The translations under genes and the position numbers were made by a program. Below, one piece after another: positions 48,704 through 55,831 of a DNA stretch of 64,000 nucleotides. The stretch is from Eubacteriales bacterium (GTDB lineage Bacteria; Bacillota; Clostridia; Lachnospirales; Lachnospiraceae), in contig JAUNGJ010000002.1 in assembly GCA_030524585.1 (NCBI GenBank), forward strand, positions 20,406-84,405, read 5' to 3'. The number at the start of each line of letters is the position of its first letter. Position 1 is the stretch's first letter. Under the pieces are notes generated by a model. The model did no database searches and was not told the origin of the DNA. It worked only from the letters and a program-made list of their open reading frames with translations.

Positions 48704-49361
48704 AGTATTGTTCATGGGCAATAACTTTTCCAGGCTGTTAGGGGGCCTGTGGATTACCGTCAAGATTTCTCTGATTGCGGTTGCCCTGTCGATGGTATTG
48801 GGAATCCTTCTGGGGATGGTTATGACGCTGAAACATCCGGTTACCAGATTTATTACAAAGGTGTATCTGGAATTTATCCGAATCATGCCCCAGCTGGTGC
48901 TTCTGTTTCTGGTGTATTTCGGACTCACCAAATCCTTCGGAATCCAGCTGTCCGGGCAGACTGCCGCGGTGATCGTGTTTACCCTCTGGGGGACGGCAGA
49001 GATGGGAGACCTGGTCAGAGGAGCGCTGATCTCCATACCAAAGCATCAGTACGAAAGCGGTGCGGCGCTGGAACTTGAGAGCAGGCAGATTTACCGGTAT
49101 ATCATCATTCCCCAGACCCTCAGGAGATTGATTCCGTTAGCCATTAATCTGACGACCAGAATGATTAAGACCACATCGCTGATCGTGTTGATCGGAGTGG
49201 TCGAGGTGCTGAAAACGGCGCAGCAGATTATTGAGGCGAACCGGTATACGGTTCCGGATTCGGCTCTTTGGATTTACGGAATGATTTTCTTCCTGTATTT
49301 CATCGTCTGTTGGCCAATCTCCAGATTCGCGGCAAGGATGGAAAAGAAATGGGAGAATTAA
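48684..49361 (+). CDS. Polar amino-acid ABC permease (TcyM-like)
   Basis: Second permease paralogue, with loop ESGAALELESRQIYRYIIIPQ. SD GAGGAGG upstream. Confidence 0.85.
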   Translation: MQDLGIRVLFMGNNFSRLLGGLWITVKISLIAVALSMVLGILLGMVMTLKHPVTRFITKVYLEFIRIMPQLVLLFLVYFGLTKSFGIQLSGQTAAVIVFTLWGTAEMGDLVRGALISIPKHQYESGAALELESRQIYRYIIIPQTLRRLIPLAINLTTRMIKTTSLIVLIGVVEVLKTAQQIIEANRYTVPDSALWIYGMIFFLYFIVCWPISRFAARMEKKWEN

Positions 49362-49376
49362 CCGGGAGGTGGTTTT

Positions 49377-50123
49377 GTGGAAGAGAAAGAAAAATTGCTG
49401 GAGGTACATGAGCTTTACAAGGATTACGGCAATGGTCCGGTACTGAAAGGCATATCGCTGGACGTACATAAAGGGGAGGTCGTGGTTCTGGTAGGACCTT
49501 CCGGCTGTGGAAAGAGCACGTTCCTTCGATGTATGAACGGGCTGGAGGCAATCCAGTCCGGGGAAATACGTTTGGATGGCAACGTGATCACAGATGATAA
49601 AACGAAATGGAGTGATGTGCGGCAAAAAATAGGAATGGTATTTCAAAGCTATGAGCTGTTTCCGCATATGACAGTTATGGACAATATTCTGCTGGGGCCT
49701 TTAAAGGTACAGAGAAAGGATAAAAGAGCGGCGGAAAAAGAAGCGGAGAAGCTTTTGGAGAGAGTTGGCCTCCTGGATAAGAGGGATTCCTTTCCCAGGC
49801 AGTTATCCGGGGGCCAGAAGCAGAGGGTGGCAATCGTCAGGGCACTGATCATGAAGCCGGAGATACTTCTTTTTGATGAAGTGACGGCGGCGCTGGATCC
49901 GGAAATGGTGCGGGAAGTGCTGGACGTTATGCTGGAGCTGGCAAGGGAAGGCTCTACCATGGTGATTGTTACTCATGAGATGCAGTTTGCCAGGGCGGTT
50001 GCAGACCGCATCGTATTTTTAGACGGTGGTGAAATTGTAGAGATGGATGCACCGGAGAACTTTTTTACCCGACCAAAAACCGAGCGCGCGCAGAGGTTTT
50101 TGAATACATTTACATTTAACTAA
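49377..50123 (+). CDS. Polar amino-acid ABC ATP-binding protein (TcyN/GlnQ-like)
   Basis: Walker A GPSGCGKST, signature LSGGQKQRV, Walker B LLFDEVTAALD. GTG start after a GGAGG SD. Confidence 0.9.
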   Translation: MEEKEKLLEVHELYKDYGNGPVLKGISLDVHKGEVVVLVGPSGCGKSTFLRCMNGLEAIQSGEIRLDGNVITDDKTKWSDVRQKIGMVFQSYELFPHMTVMDNILLGPLKVQRKDKRAAEKEAEKLLERVGLLDKRDSFPRQLSGGQKQRVAIVRALIMKPEILLFDEVTAALDPEMVREVLDVMLELAREGSTMVIVTHEMQFARAVADRIVFLDGGEIVEMDAPENFFTRPKTERAQRFLNTFTFN

Positions 50124-50140
50124 AAGGAAGGATGGTTATT

Positions 50141-51748
50141 ATGAAAAAGATTTTTACATTATTACTGGCATTTGTTCTTATACTGGGAACATTGACAGGA
50201 TGCGGACAGAAAGCCGACGGTAAAGCGGAGGCAGATGACGGGGAGCGGGTATACCGCACTCTGGATGAGATCAAGGAAAGCGGTAAGATTGTTGTGGGAG
50301 TATTCAGCGATAAAAATCCATTTGGCTATGTGGATGAGAACGGCGACTACCAGGGCTATGACGTTTATTTTGCAGAGCGTCTGGCGAAGGATCTTGGCGT
50401 AGATATTGAATATGTGTCTACAGAAGCCGCAAGCCGTGTGGAATATCTGGAATCCGGAAAAGTTGACGTGGTCCTGGCAAACTTTACGGTGACAGAGGAA
50501 CGTGCAGAGTCCGTAGATTTCGCGCTGCCATATATGAAGGTTGCCCTTGGAGTGGTTTCTCCGGATGACGCTCTGATCACAAGTGCGGATGAGCTAAAAG
50601 GTAAAACACTGATTGTTGCAAAAGGAACTACTGCCGAGACCTACTTTACGGAAAATTATCCGGATGTAGAGCTGCTGAAGTTTGATCAGTATACAGAAGC
50701 TTACAACGCGCTGCTGGACGGCAGAGGCGACGCACTTTCTACTGACAATACGGAGGTTCTGGCATGGGCGCTTCAGAATGAAGGCTTTTCTGTGGGAGTA
50801 GAATCCCTGGGAGATCTGGATACCATTGCACCGGCCGTATCAAAGGGAAATGATACATTAAAAGACTGGATCAATGACGAAATCGTGTCGCTGGCAGATG
50901 AGCAGTTCTTCCATGCAGACTATAAAGAAACGCTGGAACCTGTATACGGTTCAGAAGTAGATATCGACAGCCTGGTAGTAGAAGGCGGCGTGGTTGAAGA
51001 AGAAACAGAAGCAAAGGGAACCATTACGGTGGCAGCATCTGCCACTCCTCACGCGGAGATTCTGGAGCAGGCAAAGCCTCTGCTTGCAAAAGAAGGATGG
51101 GATCTGGAAGTGACCGTGTTTGATGATTATGTACAGCCAAATCTGGTAGTTGAAAGTGATGAGTTTGACGCAAATTACTTCCAGCATATCCCGTATCTGG
51201 AAGATTTTAATAAGGAGCAGGGAACCCATCTGGTCAATGTGGGCGGCATTCACTACGAACCATTCGGTATCTATCCGGGAACCAAAGATTCTCTGGATGA
51301 TCTGAAAAAGGGCGATGTCATTGCTGTGCCAAATGACACAACCAATGAGGCCAGAGCATTGCTTCTTCTGGAGGCAAATGGTGTGATTACTCTGAAAGAC
51401 GGGGCAGGGCTTGCCGCAACGGTAAAGGATATCAAGGATAATCCGCTGGATATCCAGATTCAGGAGCTGGAAGCAGCGCAGGTATCCAGAGTAAAGGATG
51501 AGGTGGCCTTTGTGGTACTGAACGGAAATTATGCATTGGAGGCAGGCTTTTCCGTAGCAAAGGATGCTATCGCCTATGAAACTTCTGACTCAGAGGCTGC
51601 AAAGACATATGTGAATGTGATTGCAGTAAAAGAGGGAAATGAGGATTCAGAGGGAGTGAAGGCGCTGGTTAAGGTATTGAAGTCTGATGCGATCAAAGAC
51701 TATATTACAGAGACCTATGACGGAGCAGTTATTCCGTTTGAAGAATAA
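50141..51748 (+). CDS. Lipoprotein with two fused solute-binding domains: family-3 polar amino-acid SBP plus MetQ/NlpA-type methionine SBP
   Basis: Lipobox LTGC. Roughly aa 40-290 look like SBP_bac_3 (GKIVVGVFSDKNPFGY...KGTTAE). After an E-rich linker, roughly aa 295-535 look like MetQ (ITVAASATPHAEILE...DANYFQHIPYLEDFN...VAVPNDTTNEARAL). ATG 50141 lies 9 nt after SD AAGGAAGG. Confidence 0.85.
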   Translation: MKKIFTLLLAFVLILGTLTGCGQKADGKAEADDGERVYRTLDEIKESGKIVVGVFSDKNPFGYVDENGDYQGYDVYFAERLAKDLGVDIEYVSTEAASRVEYLESGKVDVVLANFTVTEERAESVDFALPYMKVALGVVSPDDALITSADELKGKTLIVAKGTTAETYFTENYPDVELLKFDQYTEAYNALLDGRGDALSTDNTEVLAWALQNEGFSVGVESLGDLDTIAPAVSKGNDTLKDWINDEIVSLADEQFFHADYKETLEPVYGSEVDIDSLVVEGGVVEEETEAKGTITVAASATPHAEILEQAKPLLAKEGWDLEVTVFDDYVQPNLVVESDEFDANYFQHIPYLEDFNKEQGTHLVNVGGIHYEPFGIYPGTKDSLDDLKKGDVIAVPNDTTNEARALLLLEANGVITLKDGAGLAATVKDIKDNPLDIQIQELEAAQVSRVKDEVAFVVLNGNYALEAGFSVAKDAIAYETSDSEAAKTYVNVIAVKEGNEDSEGVKALVKVLKSDAIKDYITETYDGAVIPFEE

Positions 51749-51803
51749 ATCTGACAGGCAGTTCGATATGCAGAAGACGTTTCCCGATACGTCTGATTGG
51801 CAT

Positions 51804-51860
51804 ACGAAAGTATAGAAAAGCAGGGATGCTGCGTCTAAAGGGCGGCATCCCAACTTTCGT
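51804..51860 (+). other. Nested intergenic RNA stem-loop between the SBP gene and metN
   Basis: Outer stem ACGAAAGT/ACTTTCGT (51804-51811 / 51853-51860) encloses a 10-bp stem GGGATGCTGC/GCGGCATCCC (51823-51832 / 51842-51851). No U-tract follows. Confidence 0.5.
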
Positions 51861-51889
51861 TCATAGAATCTATGGGAAGGAGCAATACA

Positions 51890-52693
51890 ATGGAGCCAAT
51901 GATAAGGGTAGAACATTTGAATAAAGTATTCCGGTCTGCCGGGGAGGAGGTGACTGCCGCAGATGATATCAGCTTTGCGATTGATAAGGGAGACATCTAC
52001 GGGGTCATCGGATTATCCGGCGCGGGGAAAAGCACGCTGGTCAGGTGCCTGAATCTGCTGGAGAAACCGTCCTCCGGGAATGTGTACATAGGAGAGAAGA
52101 ATCTCACGAAGCTTTCCGGAAAGGAACTGCGGATGGAGAGGCGAAAGATCGGAATGATTTTTCAGCATTTTAATCTTCTGATGCAGAGAACTGTGCTGGA
52201 CAATGTGTGCTTTCCTCTGGAAATTGCGGGAATGAAGAAGAAAGAGGCCAGAGAACGCGCGAGGAAGATGCTGCAGACAGTAGGATTGGAGGATAAAGCA
52301 AAGGCCTATCCGGTCCAGCTGTCCGGAGGCCAGAAGCAAAGAGTTGCCATTGCCCGCGTGCTGGCGGCAAATCCTGAGATCATACTCTGTGATGAGGCAA
52401 CCAGCGCTCTGGATCCTCAGACTACAAAATCGATACTTGACTTGTTGAGGGATATTAATCAGCAGTATGGAATCACGATCGTGGTGATCACCCATGAGAT
52501 GAGTGTGGTGCGGGAAATCTGCAGCCACGTGGCAGTTCTGGATCGTGGAAGGCTGGTAGAGTCCGGAACGGTGAAGGAGGTATTTGGCGCGCCGAAGACC
52601 GAGGCGGCCCGGAGGCTGATCCTATATGGAGGAAGCCCGGCGGGCAGATGGGAAGAACGAAGAATTGCGGAGGATTTGGATCATGTGGGATAA
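51890..52693 (+). CDS. metN: Methionine-type ABC ATP-binding protein (MetN-like, no C-terminal NIL domain)
   Basis: Walker A GLSGAGKST, signature LSGGQKQRV, Walker B ILCDEATSALD. Only about 267 aa. ATG 51890 lies 7 nt after SD GGAAGGAG. Confidence 0.8.
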   Translation: MEPMIRVEHLNKVFRSAGEEVTAADDISFAIDKGDIYGVIGLSGAGKSTLVRCLNLLEKPSSGNVYIGEKNLTKLSGKELRMERRKIGMIFQHFNLLMQRTVLDNVCFPLEIAGMKKKEARERARKMLQTVGLEDKAKAYPVQLSGGQKQRVAIARVLAANPEIILCDEATSALDPQTTKSILDLLRDINQQYGITIVVITHEMSVVREICSHVAVLDRGRLVESGTVKEVFGAPKTEAARRLILYGGSPAGRWEERRIAEDLDHVG

Positions 52694-53345
52694 GGAAATG
52701 ATTACCATGTTAGTGGACGGAACTGTGGATACACTTTATATGACGCTGATATCAACGCTGTTCGGGTATGTGCTGGGGCTCCCGATGGGGATTCTGCTGG
52801 CGGTAACCGATAAAGAAGGAATCCGGCCAAATGGGTTGTTATATAAAATACTGGATTTCATAGCAAATCTGATCAGAAGTATTCCGTTTTTGATTCTTCT
52901 GATTCTTGTAATACCGCTGACAAAGCTGATCGTAGGACAGAGCTATGGTCCAAACGGTACGGTGGTGCCCCTTGTGATTGCGGCGGCGCCTTTTATCGGC
53001 CGTATGGTAGAGTCTTCTCTGAAGGAAGTGGATCAGGGAGTAATTGAGGCGGCGATCAGCATGGGAGCCGGAACCGGGGAGATTATCTGGAAGGTTTTGC
53101 TGGCGGAGGCGCGCACATCGCTGCTTGTGGGAGTCACCATTGCTATCGGCACGATCCTCGGCTATTCGGCGATGGCCGGAGTGGTAGGAGGCGGAGGTCT
53201 GGGAGATATTGCCATCCGCTATGGCTATTACCGGTATCAGACGGACGTAATGCTGGTGACGATCGTCATTCTGGTGCTTTTGGTACAGATTATGCAGGGC
53301 TTGGGAATGCTGCTGTCAAAGAAAATGGATAAGCGAAGAGTATAG
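52683..53345 (+). CDS. metI: Methionine ABC permease (MetI-like)
   Basis: Five TM helices and the loop EAAISMGAGTGEIIWKVLL. ATG 52683 lies 8 nt after SD GGAGGA and overlaps the metN stop. Confidence 0.8.
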   Translation: MWDKEMITMLVDGTVDTLYMTLISTLFGYVLGLPMGILLAVTDKEGIRPNGLLYKILDFIANLIRSIPFLILLILVIPLTKLIVGQSYGPNGTVVPLVIAAAPFIGRMVESSLKEVDQGVIEAAISMGAGTGEIIWKVLLAEARTSLLVGVTIAIGTILGYSAMAGVVGGGGLGDIAIRYGYYRYQTDVMLVTIVILVLLVQIMQGLGMLLSKKMDKRRV

Positions 53346-53380
53346 GAAATCGGAAAAAGAGATATAAAAGGAGATATAAG

Positions 53381-54586
53381 ATGGGAAAACACACATTTGG
53401 AAGCGAATACGGATTTCAGACAAGAGCAGTACACACAGGGAATGATATTGACCGGGAGACCGGAGCAATCAAACGCCCGATTACGATGGCAAACAGCTAT
53501 GCGCTCCCCTACGATCCGACGGATCTGAACTGGAGCAGCGCGGGAGGGAACCTTTATACAAGAAACGGCGGTTCGAACCAGCAGTATTTACAGGAGAAGA
53601 TCGCCAGCCTGGAAGGCGGTGAGGACTGTATTGTGCTTGCCTCCGGCGTGGCTGCTCTATCCGGTCTGTTTTTTGCTCTGCTGGAAAAAGGAGATCACGT
53701 TATTTTCTCCAGTGTGACTTATATTGCGGTATATCGTCTTCTTCATGAGCTTTTGAATCACAAGTTTGGCGTGGAGACAAGTCTTGTGGATACTTCGGAT
53801 GTGGAAAATGTAAAGAAGGCGATACGGCCGAATACGAAACTGATCCATATTGAGACGCCCGGCAATCCCACGCTGACGGTATCGGATATCCGGGCAATCG
53901 CCGAGGCTGCCCATGAGCATGGGATCTTACTGTCCGTGGACAATACCTTTGCTTCGCCGTATAACCAGCGCCCGATTGAACTGGGGGCAGATTTTTCCAT
54001 AGAAAGCCTGACGAAATTTATCAATGGTCACGGAGACTCTATGGGCGGTTCCATTACCGGGAGGAAAGAATACCTCGATAAAATCCGCGCCCAATCGCAG
54101 GTGAATCTTGGAGGAACTATCAGCCCGTTTAATGCATGGCTGATTATGCGCGGCGCGGTAACCTTTCCCCTCCGGATGAGGCAGCACAATGAGAACGCTC
54201 TTGCGGTGGCAAAATGGCTGGAACAGCAGGAATGCGTCAGCTTCGTGGCATACCCGGGACTAAAGAGCAGCCGGGGATATGAGACCGCTGTGAAGCAGAT
54301 GAATCCAGGCTTTGGGGGAGTGCTCTCTTTTGGATTAAAAGCAGATCACGATACCCACAATCAGTTTGTAAGCCATCTGAATGTAATTACCTCTGCGGTA
54401 TCTCTTGGGCACGACGAAAGCCTGATCGTATTTTTGGGAGAAGACGACGAACGACAGTATCTGTATCCGGATGAATTTTCCAATGGATTTTTCCGGTTTT
54501 CGGTAGGAATAGAGGATGTAGAAGATATTATTGGAGATCTCAGACAGGCTCTTGGCAAATGCGGGTTCAAAACAGGCGGGGAATAA
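53381..54586 (+). CDS. Cys/Met-metabolism PLP enzyme, methionine gamma-lyase-like
   Basis: Motif FQTRAVHTG and PLP-lysine context SLTKFINGHGD; 401 aa. Confidence 0.8.
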   Translation: MGKHTFGSEYGFQTRAVHTGNDIDRETGAIKRPITMANSYALPYDPTDLNWSSAGGNLYTRNGGSNQQYLQEKIASLEGGEDCIVLASGVAALSGLFFALLEKGDHVIFSSVTYIAVYRLLHELLNHKFGVETSLVDTSDVENVKKAIRPNTKLIHIETPGNPTLTVSDIRAIAEAAHEHGILLSVDNTFASPYNQRPIELGADFSIESLTKFINGHGDSMGGSITGRKEYLDKIRAQSQVNLGGTISPFNAWLIMRGAVTFPLRMRQHNENALAVAKWLEQQECVSFVAYPGLKSSRGYETAVKQMNPGFGGVLSFGLKADHDTHNQFVSHLNVITSAVSLGHDESLIVFLGEDDERQYLYPDEFSNGFFRFSVGIEDVEDIIGDLRQALGKCGFKTGGE

Positions 54587-54592
54587 AAGGAC

Positions 54593-55732
54593 ATGAAATC
54601 TATCACAGTGAATGAGCTGGAGAAGCTGGATCCGGAAAAGATTACAATTATTGATATCCGAAAGCAGGAGGATTATCAGAGAAATACGATTCCGAATGCA
54701 ATCAACGTTCCCACAGAGACCTTTCAGGACACCATACCGGATCTGGATAGGGCAAAACCAGTATACGTCCTGTGCTATACAGGTGAGAAAAGCGATGGAG
54801 CTGTGGAGCTGCTGGAAGAGGCAGGGTATGATGCGGCAAATATTACCGGAGGCTACCGGGCGTTCCTGCGGCTTAAGTTAAGCCGGATGGTGCAGAACGA
54901 ATCGGAGCTTGAAGAAAAAAGGAAAGAAATTGAGAGAAGTCTGCTGAAAAAATTCCGGAAATCAATCTGGAGAAAATTTACGAAAGCCGTGCAGGAATAC
55001 CAGCTGATCCAGGAAGGAGATAAGATTGCGGTCTGCATATCCGGAGGGAAGGATTCCATGCTGATGGCGAAATTATTTCAGGAACTGCAAAGGCATGGAA
55101 AGATACCCTTTGAACTGGTTTTTCTGGTGATGAATCCGGGATATAACCAGGACAACTGGAAGATTATTCAGGATAATGCCAGAGTCCTTGGGATTCCGCT
55201 GACCGTATTTGAAAGTGATATATTCAATATTGTTGCAGGGGTTGATAAGAATCCCTGCTATCTGTGTGCCCGTATGAGGAGAGGGTATCTGTATTCGAAT
55301 GCAAAGAGGCTGGGATGCAATAAGATTGCGCTGGGACATCATTTTGACGATGTGATTGAGACCATTCTCATGGGAATGCTTTACAGCGGGAAGATAGAGA
55401 CGATGATGCCGAAGCTTCACAGTACAAATTTTGAAGGAATGGAATTAATCCGGCCGCTTTATATGGTGAAGGAAGCGGATATTAAGGCGTGGCGTGATTA
55501 TAACAGCCTTCATTTTATTCAGTGCGCCTGCAGATTTACAGAAAACTGCGCAAGCTGCGGGGGCGGAAGAGGTTCTAAGCGGGATGAGATGAAAGAGCTG
55601 ATTGCAGGGTTCCGGCAAACCAGTGGTCTGATAGAGGCCAATATTTTTAAAAGTGTCTATAATATTAATCTTCGGACTGTAATCGGATATCAAAAAGATG
55701 GGCAGACACATAATTTTTTGGAGAATTATTAA
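54593..55732 (+). CDS. Rhodanese domain fused to a TtcA-family PP-loop ATPase (tRNA/sulfur-transfer enzyme)
   Basis: Rhodanese active-site loop VLCYTGEKS. PP-loop CISGGKDS. CYLCARMRRG as in TtcA. Extra C-terminal Cys cluster CACRFTENCASCGGG. Confidence 0.75.
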   Translation: MKSITVNELEKLDPEKITIIDIRKQEDYQRNTIPNAINVPTETFQDTIPDLDRAKPVYVLCYTGEKSDGAVELLEEAGYDAANITGGYRAFLRLKLSRMVQNESELEEKRKEIERSLLKKFRKSIWRKFTKAVQEYQLIQEGDKIAVCISGGKDSMLMAKLFQELQRHGKIPFELVFLVMNPGYNQDNWKIIQDNARVLGIPLTVFESDIFNIVAGVDKNPCYLCARMRRGYLYSNAKRLGCNKIALGHHFDDVIETILMGMLYSGKIETMMPKLHSTNFEGMELIRPLYMVKEADIKAWRDYNSLHFIQCACRFTENCASCGGGRGSKRDEMKELIAGFRQTSGLIEANIFKSVYNINLRTVIGYQKDGQTHNFLENY

Positions 55733-55831
55733 AAAAGGAAGAATGGAAAAGACACAAAAGATTTGCACAGAACCACATAAAAAGCACACATTTCCCTGCT
55801 ATGCTGAATCACAGCGAAGGAGGCAGTGTGA

